NCBI RefSeq assembly: GCF_000092465.1
Contig: NC_014205.1
Location: 1,020,001 to 1,052,000 of the forward strand
Direction: 5' to 3'
DNA length: 32,000 nucleotides
Source: Staphylothermus hellenicus DSM 12710
GTDB taxonomy: Archaea > Thermoproteota > Thermoprotei_A > Sulfolobales > Desulfurococcaceae
Shown: one piece after another, positions 17,967 to 27,836 of the stretch
Layout of the letters: each line of letters begins with the position of its first letter
Position numbering within the stretch: the stretch's first letter is position 1
Notes under the pieces: generated by a model
What the model saw: only the letters and a program-made list of their open reading frames with translations
What the model was told of the DNA's origin: nothing
The model's database searches: none
Program-made: the position numbers and the translations under genes

Positions 17967-19289
17967 ATGGTGAAAAATATGAATGAAAATATAGGGTGGC
18001 ACCATATCGAGGATGTTTTGTCGAATAGTTTTGTTGGTAGAAAAGTTTGTGTGAGGGGCTGGATTTATCGTAGAAGCGTTGTTGGCGGAAAAGCTTTTGT
18101 TAGGGTGAGGGATTCAACCGGGGTTATACAAGTTGTAGTTGATAAGAAGAAGTGCGGGGAGGATATTGTTAGAACTCTTAAGGATATAGGTTTAGAAGCC
18201 AGTGTTAAGACGTGTGGCGAGCTTGTTAAACAACCCCGTGCTCCAGGCGGATACGAGATACAAGCTGATTGGTTCAAAGTTGTAGGTTATAGTAGGGACT
18301 TCCCCATCAAGGGAGGTGAAGGAATAGATTACTTATTAGATAATAGGCATCTATGGATTAGAAGCCGGAAATTAACAGAGACCATGAAGATCAAGCACAG
18401 CGTTCTCAGGGCTGGAAGAGAATACTTCATAGAGAATGGTTGGTGGGAAGTAACACCCCCAATACTAACAGCATCAGCAGTGGAGGGGGGAGCTACACTA
18501 TTCCCCGTTAAATACTTTGATAAAACAGCTTATCTGAGCCAAAGCGCTCAACTATACCTTGAAGCCCTAATATATAGCCTTGAAAAAGTATGGAGCCTAA
18601 CAACAAGCTTTAGAGCTGAAAAATCACGTACACGTAGACACCTAGCTGAGTATTGGCACCTAGAAGCAGAAGCTGCATGGTATAATATGGAGGATATGAT
18701 GAGGGTGGCTGAAGAACTGGTAGCACATATTGTTCAATATGTTCTAGAACATAATAGGAGACAATTGGAGATCCTAGGCAGAAACCTTGAAATATTGAAG
18801 AACTATGTTGAACCCCCATATCCTAGGATACGATACGATGAAGCAATAGAGATTCTGCAGAAGAAAGGCGTAAATATTGAGTGGGGAGATGATCTGGGTG
18901 CAGACGAGGAGAGAGTTCTTACAATGGAATTCGATAAACCATTCTTCATCACTCATTTCCCCAAGGAGATTAAGAGCTTCTACATGAAACTTGACCCTGA
19001 AAACGAAAAACTAGCTTTAGGATTCGATCTCTTAGCGCCGGAGGGATACGGTGAAATCATAGGTGGAAGTGAACGTGAAGACGACTATAATAAATTGCTT
19101 AATAGAATAATTGAGCAGGGATATAATCCTGAAGACTATAAATGGTATCTTGATCTCAGAAAATACGGATCAGTGCCTCACAGCGGTTTTGGCTTAGGAA
19201 TCGAGAGACTAGTTATGTGGATAGCTGGACTAGACCATATTAGAGACGCTATACCATTCCCAAGATTTAGAGGTAGAATTTATCCATGA
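17967..19289 (+). CDS. asnS: Asparaginyl-tRNA synthetase (class IIb)
   Basis: 440 aa. N-terminal OB fold, YLSQSAQLY (AspRS has QSPQ), motif 2 FRAEKSRTRRHLAEYWHLEAE and motif 3 GFGLGIERLVMWI. ATGGTGAaaaatATG suggests the real start is the second ATG at 17979, with GGTGA acting as the SD. Confidence 0.8.
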   Translation: MVKNMNENIGWHHIEDVLSNSFVGRKVCVRGWIYRRSVVGGKAFVRVRDSTGVIQVVVDKKKCGEDIVRTLKDIGLEASVKTCGELVKQPRAPGGYEIQADWFKVVGYSRDFPIKGGEGIDYLLDNRHLWIRSRKLTETMKIKHSVLRAGREYFIENGWWEVTPPILTASAVEGGATLFPVKYFDKTAYLSQSAQLYLEALIYSLEKVWSLTTSFRAEKSRTRRHLAEYWHLEAEAAWYNMEDMMRVAEELVAHIVQYVLEHNRRQLEILGRNLEILKNYVEPPYPRIRYDEAIEILQKKGVNIEWGDDLGADEERVLTMEFDKPFFITHFPKEIKSFYMKLDPENEKLALGFDLLAPEGYGEIIGGSEREDDYNKLLNRIIEQGYNPEDYKWYLDLRKYGSVPHSGFGLGIERLVMWIAGLDHIRDAIPFPRFRGRIYP

Positions 19290-19293
19290 AAAG

Positions 19294-20007
19294 GTGTTCT
19301 TATTGACACAGAGTATTGGAGAAGAAATAATAAATATTCTCCGTAAACATTACAAGTTGAACCTGAAAGAATTCATTGCTCCAAATATCCGTGACAAATC
19401 ATTGTTCGAATACATTATAGGTGTTATGCTTAGCCAAAATACAAGCGATAAAAATGCTATTCGAGCCTATTTCAATCTTAAAAAGATATATGGAGAAATA
19501 ACACCTGATAAAATCCTCTCTACACCCATAGATAAATTAATTGAGGCATTAAAACCTGCCGGAATGTATAATCAAAGAGCCCAACGCATCATTGAACTAG
19601 CCAAGATATTTACCGAGAAGAACGTAGAGGAAGAACTTGGAAAACTAATAGAGGAGGGAAAACTTAGAGAGGCTAGAAAATACCTAGTCAGTTTACCAGG
19701 TGTTGGATTAAAAACAGCCGATGTAGTCTTATTAATGTATTATGGGCAGCCAGTATTCCCAGTTGATACCCATATTCGTAGAGTGACTAAGAGATTAGGA
19801 TATATTGGCAAAGACGATTACGAAGCCATATCTAGTTGGTGGATGAAACAATTAAAACCAAACGATTACTTAGAGACGCATCTCCTTCTAATAACGCATG
19901 GTAGAAAAACATGTAAAGCGAGAAAACCATTATGTAATATATGCCCTATAAGGAAATACTGTAAATACTATTATGAAACAAAACAACTAATTTCTAGAGG
20001 GAATTAA
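19294..20007 (+). CDS. nth: Endonuclease III (HhH-GPD DNA glycosylase/AP lyase with 4Fe-4S cluster)
   Basis: 237 aa. HhH motif LVSLPGVGLKTADVVLL (catalytic Lys), VDTHIRRV (Asp), and C-x6-C-x2-C-x5-C (CKARKPLCNICPIRKYC). The start may be the TTG at 19303, 6 nt after GGTG. Confidence 0.9.
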   Translation: MFLLTQSIGEEIINILRKHYKLNLKEFIAPNIRDKSLFEYIIGVMLSQNTSDKNAIRAYFNLKKIYGEITPDKILSTPIDKLIEALKPAGMYNQRAQRIIELAKIFTEKNVEEELGKLIEEGKLREARKYLVSLPGVGLKTADVVLLMYYGQPVFPVDTHIRRVTKRLGYIGKDDYEAISSWWMKQLKPNDYLETHLLLITHGRKTCKARKPLCNICPIRKYCKYYYETKQLISRGN

Positions 20008-20027
20008 TCCTTCCTATTGTATCCTAA

Positions 20028-20999
20028 TTAGATTTGCTTAAATCTCTCATTTAAGTATATATTGCCTCTCCAATGGTATCCTAGTGCTTCCCAGTAGCCA
20101 TCAACGTATTTATCTGTGAAAATTATTTTTCCCACCCATTTCGCGCTTTTCCATCCATAAAGATGTGGAATAATTATTCTTGCTGGAAAACCTTGTTCAA
20201 GCGGTAATGATTCGTTATTCATTTTGAGAGCTAGAATTGATTTATCGGATACAAAGTCTTCATATGGAACAATGGTTGTATATCCGTCAAGCGATACTAT
20301 GTAAACCCATCTCACTCCAGGCTTAACCCTGGCTTCTTCGGCAAACCTTTTTAGCTGAACCCCTGTCCATTCAACATCTTTCACACTCCACCCAGTTACA
20401 CAGTGGAAATCTGTTTTGATAGTAATGTGCTCCATTTCAAGAAGGTCTTTATATGTATATTCGAGTTGTTTCTCTACTTCCCCAGTTATCTTCAGAGACC
20501 ACTCATTTATTCTCACATATGGTTGGCCTAGGATACGGTATATTATGAAGCCAGGTATGAATCTTTGGCCAGGAGGTGTTGCCTCATATTCTTTAACTGG
20601 TTTTTCCCTAACTAGTTGTTTAGTAAACAAAGCACTTAGCTTCTCGATTCCTAGAAGATTTGTCTTAGTTATTTCCTCATATTTTTTCCCAATAGTGAAA
20701 ACTATCATTACCAATTTGTTTTTTCTCGTTACAGCCCTTATACCAATATATCCCTTTCTATCTGAGCAGTTCAAATGATATCTATAAATAATATATTCAT
20801 CATTTACTGGCTCATTGTCCACGAATTCTAAACTACATTTATCATTATCTAATATGAAGACATGAGCTAAATACTCCCATATTAGTGGTTTTAGAATAGA
20901 ATAATCAATACTTCTATATTTCTTATTGATAAAGCATTGAATCACTTTTACAATACCCTTCTTAAATAAGCCTGGAGAGCCTGTGGCTACACAATTCAA
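20028..20999 (-). CDS. Sulfite-oxidase-family molybdopterin-binding oxidoreductase domain protein with ~135-aa N-terminal extension
   Basis: 323 aa. The C-terminal ~185 aa carry FHCVTGWSVKDVEWTGVQL, GFPARIIIPHLYGWKSAKWV and GYWE, which match the Oxidored_molyb (YedY/SUOX-like) pattern. I do not recognise the N-terminal part. TTG start is uncertain. Confidence 0.7.
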   Translation of the reverse strand: MNCVATGSPGLFKKGIVKVIQCFINKKYRSIDYSILKPLIWEYLAHVFILDNDKCSLEFVDNEPVNDEYIIYRYHLNCSDRKGYIGIRAVTRKNKLVMIVFTIGKKYEEITKTNLLGIEKLSALFTKQLVREKPVKEYEATPPGQRFIPGFIIYRILGQPYVRINEWSLKITGEVEKQLEYTYKDLLEMEHITIKTDFHCVTGWSVKDVEWTGVQLKRFAEEARVKPGVRWVYIVSLDGYTTIVPYEDFVSDKSILALKMNNESLPLEQGFPARIIIPHLYGWKSAKWVGKIIFTDKYVDGYWEALGYHWRGNIYLNERFKQI

Positions 21000-21112
21000 A
21001 ATAGTTCACCTAAACAAATACTATTGGGAATATTAAAGTAATTAGGATATTTTTAGTGTTTATATTTGAAAATATGTTATTGCAGAGGATTATTTATCCG
21101 GGTGAATAAAAG

Positions 21113-22303
21113 ATGATGATGAAGAGTTTAAGAGAATTGGGTAATGAGAAGAAAATAACTCTGATTTCCCTATATATCTATACATTTATCCGCGGTGCTG
21201 GAAGAGCTAGTTATATGTTCTTGTATCCCTTATTCCTAATAAGTATAGGATACTCAACAAAAGATCTAGGCTTAATAGCAACTATTGCGTCTGCCCTAAT
21301 CATAGTAATACTTCCAATTATAGGTCATCTTGTCGATCTTGGATGGGCGATCGAGGTATTGTTTTTATCTGGTTTATCCCTGTCATTAGCATTAATAATT
21401 CCAGTAATTTATCCAAGTTTTTACTCATTAATAATATCTTATGCATTAAATATGCTTAGCTTATATCTATGGTCTCCTTCGAGAAATAAGATAATAGGCG
21501 CAATTATTCCCCAGATATTATTAGGTAGAGTTTACAGTTTATTTGTGATCTTATTTAACTCGTCTAGAACCATAACTCCTTTCATATTGGGCAGATTAAC
21601 TGAGACATTCGGTTATGAATACTTGATGATTTGGATGGGGATTTTTAGTTTTGCAGGAACATTTATAGTTTATCTGATCCTTGTTCTTAGACAAAACATG
21701 TTTTCACGTGCACCCATTGGAAAAGCTGATGTTATTAATAGTTATAAGGCTATGTTAGCGTTTGATAAAAGCGTTATAGCTATTATTATATTTGCTTTAA
21801 TTGATAGTTTTGCGTGGAGGCTTTGGTTCCCACTATTAAATGCTTATCTAAAAGAATATAGGAGATTTACTGATCCTATTATTGGCGATTATAATACTGT
21901 TATCGGGTTATCGATGCTGGTGACTTCGTATTTTGCAGGCGTTATTACAGATAGGATCAAACCTATAAAATCCCTCATAGTATATGAGCTTATAGGAGCT
22001 GTTGGTATTCTCTTAATAAATCTTCCTCATCCATATATTCATTTATCAGCATTGCTTATAGGATTCAGTATTGCTTTCTGGGTGTCCGCATATAATACAC
22101 TGATTACGGTCATGTATGGAGTAGAGAAGATCGGTAGATTAAGAGTATTAACCGATTCTGTGAGAAATATTTCATCTATACCGGCACCACAAATAGGAGG
22201 CTATTTAATGTCCATTAATCCATTAATAACATTTACTATAAGCGCCCTCCTCATGTCAATTGCTATTATTCCTCTGAGAAAGATAAGGGTAAAAACTAGT
22301 TAG
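21113..22303 (+). CDS. MFS transporter
   Basis: 396 aa with about 12 predicted TM helices and a central loop. Substrate is not assignable. Confidence 0.7.
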   Translation: MMMKSLRELGNEKKITLISLYIYTFIRGAGRASYMFLYPLFLISIGYSTKDLGLIATIASALIIVILPIIGHLVDLGWAIEVLFLSGLSLSLALIIPVIYPSFYSLIISYALNMLSLYLWSPSRNKIIGAIIPQILLGRVYSLFVILFNSSRTITPFILGRLTETFGYEYLMIWMGIFSFAGTFIVYLILVLRQNMFSRAPIGKADVINSYKAMLAFDKSVIAIIIFALIDSFAWRLWFPLLNAYLKEYRRFTDPIIGDYNTVIGLSMLVTSYFAGVITDRIKPIKSLIVYELIGAVGILLINLPHPYIHLSALLIGFSIAFWVSAYNTLITVMYGVEKIGRLRVLTDSVRNISSIPAPQIGGYLMSINPLITFTISALLMSIAIIPLRKIRVKTS

Positions 22304-22321
22304 TAATAGTGGTGCTACTAG

Positions 22322-23182
22322 TTGACAAGAGGCAAGCTTCTCAAAAAACTAGCAGTAAAGGTGCTGGGCGAGGAGAAGGCGAGGAAAATATGGGGTAGAA
22401 TAGAGTTTATTGGAGATATAGCTGTTATCCGTGTACCATTCGATATTGACCCATATGAGCTGAAACCATTAGCTGAAGCTATAGTTGAGGAGCTCAAATA
22501 TGTTAGGAGTGTCTGGGCAGGATTACCAGGTGTTAAAGGACCTTACAGGCTTAGACCATTTATCCACTTAGCTGGTGAGAATAGAAGTGAGACTATATAT
22601 AAGGAGCATGGATGCTTATTCAAAATAGACATAACCAAGGTATATGTATCACCTACTCTAAACTATGAACATAAAAGAATAGCACAACTAGTTAAGCCTG
22701 GAGAAACAATTACAAACATGTTTGCTGGCGCAGGTTTTTTCAGCATAATTATTGCACGCCATTCTAAGCCGAAAAAAGTCTATAGTATAGATATAAACCC
22801 ATATGCTTACCGTTACATGGCTGAAAACATAAGGCTTAACAAAGTTGAAGACATAGTCATACCTATTATGGGAGATGCTGCTAAGGTGATCGAAGAAAAA
22901 CTAGTTAACACAAGCGATAGGGTATTAATGCCATATCCCGAATTAGCTCTTGACTACTTGGTTTATGCATTGAAAGCTCTGAGGAATAAGGAGGGTTGGA
23001 TACATGTCTATCTACATATTGTAGCAGAAAAAGATTCTTCGCCGCTAGGTATTGCTGAAAACATTTTAAGCAGCGAACTATATGATTTAGGTATTCAAAA
23101 ATTCGAAGTTGTAAATAGGAGAATTGTTAGAACAATTGGTCCGAGAAAATACCAAGTAGTCTTAGATGTTCATATATATTAG
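22322..23182 (+). CDS. Class I SAM-dependent tRNA methyltransferase/aminocarboxypropyltransferase of the Trm5/Taw2 (Met-10+) family
   Basis: 286 aa. SAM motif I ITNMFAGAGFFSI, SIDINPYAYRYMAENIRLNKV, and a MPYP post-motif. TTG start with GGTG 7 nt upstream. I cannot separate Trm5 from Taw2 by eye. Confidence 0.7.
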   Translation: MTRGKLLKKLAVKVLGEEKARKIWGRIEFIGDIAVIRVPFDIDPYELKPLAEAIVEELKYVRSVWAGLPGVKGPYRLRPFIHLAGENRSETIYKEHGCLFKIDITKVYVSPTLNYEHKRIAQLVKPGETITNMFAGAGFFSIIIARHSKPKKVYSIDINPYAYRYMAENIRLNKVEDIVIPIMGDAAKVIEEKLVNTSDRVLMPYPELALDYLVYALKALRNKEGWIHVYLHIVAEKDSSPLGIAENILSSELYDLGIQKFEVVNRRIVRTIGPRKYQVVLDVHIY

Positions 23183-23207
23183 CATCATTTATTTTCTTAG
23201 TACTTTA

Positions 23208-24359
23208 TTATTTTCTCCGTTTACCGCCGATCTCCTTTGCTTTCACACCGACACCCAGTAGTTTCCTCATTACTGCGTCTAGGAATTTTACATGGAATCC
23301 TTTCTGACCAACAAATGCTCCGAATCCATCGGTCTCTACTTTTACAGCTAGATCAGGTCCTGCAAAGTCGACATCCGCTATAAACCTGTATACCCAGCTT
23401 ACTGGATGTATAGCTCTTATTAACGGTTTAAAGTCAAGTGTTAATTCTACAGCTCTAAGTTTTAATCCAGTATCTGCCTCTATAGCTTCTATCCTCTCTC
23501 CTCCCCTACCAATTATTCTGCCTAAATGGCCTTCTTTAACAATTATCAATGCATCTGGAACATTTTCTGATAGTATATTATAGGTTTTCTTTTCATCAAT
23601 AAATTCTACAACTGTAACTATATCTGCGTCTGGAGCGTGAAGTCTTGCTGAATCGATTATTTGTTTTTCAGCCTCATTAAGTGTTCTACGCCTCATTCTT
23701 ATTTCTAGTAGGAGTCTGATTCCTCTCCTAGCACCTGGTCTAACAATGTCTTTTAATCCGAGATCTATTACTTTAGCAGTTTCTTCTCCTAGAAGAATTT
23801 CTCTCAATAGTGATGTCCCATCGCTCTGCATCATAGGTTTCTGAAATACAGGGTCTCCTGCTACAATGAATCTACTGTTCCGCCCAATCCTCATCATGAT
23901 CTCGACAGCGCTATCAGGGGATATACTTTGGGCATCATCTAGAAATATTATTGAATCATCAAATGTTCTACCTCTCAGATAATGTGTGTCTGCTACAACT
24001 ATTTTTCCTGAATCAAGCAGGTTCTTAACAATTCCCCATTCAACGAACCCTGATAATATGTCTTTTAAATAACTCGTTGCTAATTCATAGTATTGTTGTC
24101 CAATATCTGCGGTTGTCAATTCTTTACCCGTTACTACATCAACTATTGGTCTAGACAATATGAATCTCGAATACTCATCACTTAATACAGCATCGATACT
24201 ATACACTACACTAAACAAGCTTTTACCCGACCCTGTGGGTCCAAATAATCCTATGATTTCATAGTTTTTATTCATGAATGCTTTCTTCATTTCCTCCTGT
24301 CCCGGCGATAACGGCTTCAATTTCTCAAATAATCTCTCATTAGCTGCCATTTGAATCAA
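23208..24359 (-). CDS. PhoH-like ATPase with C-terminal KH domain
   Basis: 383 aa. Walker A GPTGSGKS, Walker B IIFLDDAQ, and a KH GxxG motif in GRIIGRGGERIEAIE. AGGAGG followed by ttgattcaaATG suggests the true start is the ATG at 24350 (MAANERLF...). Confidence 0.8.
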   Translation of the reverse strand: MIQMAANERLFEKLKPLSPGQEEMKKAFMNKNYEIIGLFGPTGSGKSLFSVVYSIDAVLSDEYSRFILSRPIVDVVTGKELTTADIGQQYYELATSYLKDILSGFVEWGIVKNLLDSGKIVVADTHYLRGRTFDDSIIFLDDAQSISPDSAVEIMMRIGRNSRFIVAGDPVFQKPMMQSDGTSLLREILLGEETAKVIDLGLKDIVRPGARRGIRLLLEIRMRRRTLNEAEKQIIDSARLHAPDADIVTVVEFIDEKKTYNILSENVPDALIIVKEGHLGRIIGRGGERIEAIEADTGLKLRAVELTLDFKPLIRAIHPVSWVYRFIADVDFAGPDLAVKVETDGFGAFVGQKGFHVKFLDAVMRKLLGVGVKAKEIGGKRRK

Positions 24360-24447
24360 CCTCCTACTCTCTACAATTATTATTTTACAATTATAATATA
24401 TCTCATATTAGAACCATAAGACATAGTGTATTATTTAGTTTTATTCT

Positions 24448-25053
24448 TCAGACATGCTTATCATTTAGTTCAGGGAATAACTCTATTAAAGATTTTATCT
24501 TTAGAATATACTTCATTATATTATCTGGTTCTATACCTATATTTTTCAGTAACTTCTTGACAATGTCCAGATCTATTATTTCTTTGTGAGTGATTATTAG
24601 AGTAAAAGCATATATGTTGTATGGATAAGCATTATATGATAATAGCTTGCATACTAGATGTTCTAGTCGTGGAACATTTATTTGTATTTTTTCATAGGCG
24701 AATTTTATCCTATTAGCTAGTAATTCAATATCTAGAGGGGTTTGAGCAATCTCCAAAATAGTCAACGGTAAAAATACTGGGTTAACTACGGCTTTACCAA
24801 GTGTTTTAAGAGAATTATATATGTCTTTTTGATAAATACTCATACCCAGTTCTCTAGCTATAACATAAGCTACAGAATCGAGTTCTTTATTCTCAACAAG
24901 TATTCTGATCTCATCGATTGGTTTTATTAATCCATACAGTGATATAGCTAGATCATTTAATACAGCTGATTTTATATTTCGTATTTCTAATTCATCTATA
25001 ATTCTCGATACTTTTTCCATTATATACTCTGAATAACTAATTCTTTTCTTCAT
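24448..25053 (-). CDS. Hypothetical protein (possibly degenerate nucleotidyltransferase-like fold)
   Basis: 201 aa with protein-like composition. YGLIKPIDEIRILV faintly resembles a G-x...D-x-D NTase strand, but the second Asp is missing. Confidence 0.4.
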   Translation of the reverse strand: MKKRISYSEYIMEKVSRIIDELEIRNIKSAVLNDLAISLYGLIKPIDEIRILVENKELDSVAYVIARELGMSIYQKDIYNSLKTLGKAVVNPVFLPLTILEIAQTPLDIELLANRIKFAYEKIQINVPRLEHLVCKLLSYNAYPYNIYAFTLIITHKEIIDLDIVKKLLKNIGIEPDNIMKYILKIKSLIELFPELNDKHV

Positions 25054-25219
25054 CTATTCATCCCTATCAAAGAGAAAATTACTTCTTTATAGTGATGTTA
25101 TTCGTAGATATAATGTATTATAGTTATTTCTGAATTATCCTATATATTTCGAAAGCAGGAAATCAAAATATATTTTGGCTGCTCCATGGCAGGTTTGAAT
25201 GAGCTTTTATTTAATCTTT

Positions 25220-25957
25220 CTAGACTGCTGCTGGTGCTAGCAGGTATTTAACCCTGCCCTCGCTAAGACTGAATTCTAGTTCGAGAGGCATATTAGAAGA
25301 GAACCTTAGAATTGCTAATTCAGCTATTTTTGTCAAGTTCACTATGTGTTTGAGATATTCTAGTTGATAAGCTGATTTGCCCGGCTCTTTTACTTCTAAG
25401 TTTAATAATGCCGGCATTCCAACTACGAGTTTTGTTTCCGTCATAGATACTCCTCTTCCACGTAGATAGAGAGTTTCTTGATCAGAAGCTTCTATCTCTA
25501 ATAGATCACCAACTGTTTCTGCGTCTTTAATTGCATGCTTTACTACATCGACTAATACTTGGGCTTCCACATTAAACTCTAGCTTAGCCTCTGGTATTTC
25601 GGGAACGGGTACTTCGAGGTTTCTAAACCTATATATTCTTCTTATAGTTGACTCTATCGTTATAGTTATTTGTTCCTCTGTTACATCCATAACGAACTTG
25701 TCTCCTTTTTTCACTTTCTTTAATAATTTGGAGAGATTAGCAGAGGATAAACCAGCAACTACCTCCTCGGACACATCATATTCGAGGAAAGCGGTTTGCG
25801 GCAAATAAATATCTATTAAAGCAACTCTAGCCGGGTCAATTGCTTTAACAATTAAAGCTTCAGGAGTAATCTTGAAAGCTACTTCATCAACGAGTTTGCC
25901 GAGAGCAGTTATCATTTCTCTAATATATTTTGCTTCTGGATAAACTATTCTAGCCAT
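25220..25957 (-). CDS. pcn: DNA polymerase sliding clamp (PCNA)
   Basis: 245 aa, two-domain PCNA pattern: AFKITPEALIVKAIDPARVALIDIYLP, LSKLLKKVKKGD and C-terminal VKYLLAPA. Crenarchaea typically carry several PCNA paralogues, so this is one of them. Confidence 0.9.
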   Translation of the reverse strand: MARIVYPEAKYIREMITALGKLVDEVAFKITPEALIVKAIDPARVALIDIYLPQTAFLEYDVSEEVVAGLSSANLSKLLKKVKKGDKFVMDVTEEQITITIESTIRRIYRFRNLEVPVPEIPEAKLEFNVEAQVLVDVVKHAIKDAETVGDLLEIEASDQETLYLRGRGVSMTETKLVVGMPALLNLEVKEPGKSAYQLEYLKHIVNLTKIAELAILRFSSNMPLELEFSLSEGRVKYLLAPAAV

Positions 25958-26031
25958 TATCTACACCTAAGTGTTTACTATCTGTTCTACTAAATATATT
26001 AATTTGTTTAAAGAAAAATAAGCATATAGCT

Positions 26032-26775
26032 ATGATTCATACTCTTAGGATACTTGTATTTTCAATATTGGAAAAACATTTTACGATTAACAAAGAATTA
26101 TATGTGATGATGGAGATGAAGCAATTATATTTTGCTTTATTAAAGCACCGTGAAATATCCATAAAGGATCTATCCGAGCTTCTCGGATTAAATGAGAGAA
26201 CACTATATAGTAGGATCAAAGAGTTGAGAAAGTATATTACCATAGTTGATGACAAGATCATATTAGGTGATCCATTATCATTCGCGATCCAGCTGCTTAA
26301 ACAAGGCTATTCATTTAAAGATGTCACTAAGTATCTTGATTGGCATGATTTTGAGAGGTTCTCGGCCGAAATACTTGGGGCGCACAAGTATTTTGTGAAA
26401 ACCAATTTCCGGCTGACGAAGCCTGTTAGGCTAGAAATAGATGTTATTGGTGTAGATATGGGTAGTGGTAGAGGAATTTTTATTGATTGCAAGCACTGGA
26501 TCCATGGAATTGGTAGGAAAACACTTATGGGGATCGCTGAGAAGCATTTTGAGCGGGTTAAGAAGTTTATTAAACACTATAGTTGGGCTAAGCCTAAATG
26601 GACGTATTTTAGATATCTTCGAAAAATTGTTCCTTTAATAGTAACTTTAACAACACCTTCTATTCGAATGTATGAAAACGTATTAATTGTTTCTATTCAG
26701 GAACTAAATTCTACACTTCTCGACCTAGATATGGTTCTGGATTTGTTCGGGATAGAGCCTATTCCCGTATCTTAA
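26032..26775 (+). CDS. HTH domain + PD-(D/E)xK nuclease-like (restriction-endonuclease-fold) protein
   Basis: 247 aa. N-terminal wHTH (ISIKDLSELLGLNERTLYSRIKELRKY) and a central EIDVIGVDMGSGRGIFIDCKHW, which fits an E/D...D-x-K nuclease core. A more likely start is the ATG at 26107 (MMEMKQLYF...). Confidence 0.5.
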   Translation: MIHTLRILVFSILEKHFTINKELYVMMEMKQLYFALLKHREISIKDLSELLGLNERTLYSRIKELRKYITIVDDKIILGDPLSFAIQLLKQGYSFKDVTKYLDWHDFERFSAEILGAHKYFVKTNFRLTKPVRLEIDVIGVDMGSGRGIFIDCKHWIHGIGRKTLMGIAEKHFERVKKFIKHYSWAKPKWTYFRYLRKIVPLIVTLTTPSIRMYENVLIVSIQELNSTLLDLDMVLDLFGIEPIPVS

Positions 26776-26804
26776 TAAATGGTAGCATAGTAATTAGCTT
26801 AATA

Positions 26805-27833
26805 GTGGATATACTTATCTATACTGGTATGGGTGATTATATGGATGTTCGCGATATACCTGTATTAAAAGATGCTCGTTCAGAGTTGTTGAAGGAAGTT
26901 GTTAAGGATTATTTTGTTAAGGAAGATATGAGTGTTTGTGATCTAATTAATGCGTTGAGAGATGCTCATGGATTTATGGCTGGACATATTAGTAGAGCCG
27001 CAGAGATCCTCTATGAGATGTGGAGCGATAAAGAAGCAACGAGGATATTGTCTTTTACAGGAAACCTTGTATCAACAGGTTTGAGAGGCTTACTTGCCCA
27101 ACTAATTCTCGAGGGGTTCGCCGACATAGTTATCACTACATGTGGAACAATTGATCACGACATAGCAAGGGGTACTGGGCATCCATACTATAAGGGGGAT
27201 TGGAGACTAGATGATTCAATGCTAAAGGTTATCGAGGTTCATAGATTAGGCAATGTTTTGATACCAGTAGAAAATTATGGATTAGCTGTTGAGAAGTTTA
27301 CGCGTAACCTACTCGATGAACTTGTTAAGAAGAAGAAGGAGTGGCCGCCCAGCGAATTATTATATGAAGCAGGCAAAAAGATCAATGATCCATATAGTAT
27401 ATTGAGAGCAGCTACCCAGAGAAATGTTCCAATATTCGTCCCAGGAATATTTGATGGAGCATTCGGTACACAACTAGTTTTCCACAGCCCCTTCTCCGGT
27501 TTAAAAACTGATCTTATCAGTGACGAGAAAAAACTCATGGATAAAATCTTTGAATCACACAAGCTTGGAGCATTAATTATTGGTGGAGGTATAAGTAAGC
27601 ATCACACTATTTGGTGGGCACAATTCAAAGACGGGCTTGACTATGCAGTATACATTACTACAGCGGTAGAATATGATGGTAGTTTGAGCGGGGCACAACC
27701 ACGTGAAGCTATAAGTTGGAACAAGATTAAGCCGTCGGGTAAAAGTATTGTAGTATATAGTGATGCAACAATTGCATTACCATTAATTATAGCTGGTGCT
27801 AAGTGTTTAATGAAAAAATCTACGGAGAAGTAA
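26805..27833 (+). CDS. dys: Deoxyhypusine synthase
   Basis: 342 aa. TTCGTIDHD, IIGGGISKHH and the active-site Lys context REAISWNKI. GGGTGAttatATG suggests the start is the ATG at 26841. Confidence 0.85.
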   Translation: MDILIYTGMGDYMDVRDIPVLKDARSELLKEVVKDYFVKEDMSVCDLINALRDAHGFMAGHISRAAEILYEMWSDKEATRILSFTGNLVSTGLRGLLAQLILEGFADIVITTCGTIDHDIARGTGHPYYKGDWRLDDSMLKVIEVHRLGNVLIPVENYGLAVEKFTRNLLDELVKKKKEWPPSELLYEAGKKINDPYSILRAATQRNVPIFVPGIFDGAFGTQLVFHSPFSGLKTDLISDEKKLMDKIFESHKLGALIIGGGISKHHTIWWAQFKDGLDYAVYITTAVEYDGSLSGAQPREAISWNKIKPSGKSIVVYSDATIALPLIIAGAKCLMKKSTEK

Positions 27834-27836
27834 GTA

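Noticed and set aside
25092-25133. C/D-like pair GUGAUGU ... CUGA on the plus strand in the PCNA-downstream intergenic region
   Set aside because: It spans 42 nt in total and has no internal D'/C' boxes. The guide region is almost pure A/U, which is implausible for targeting GC-rich rRNA in a thermophile.
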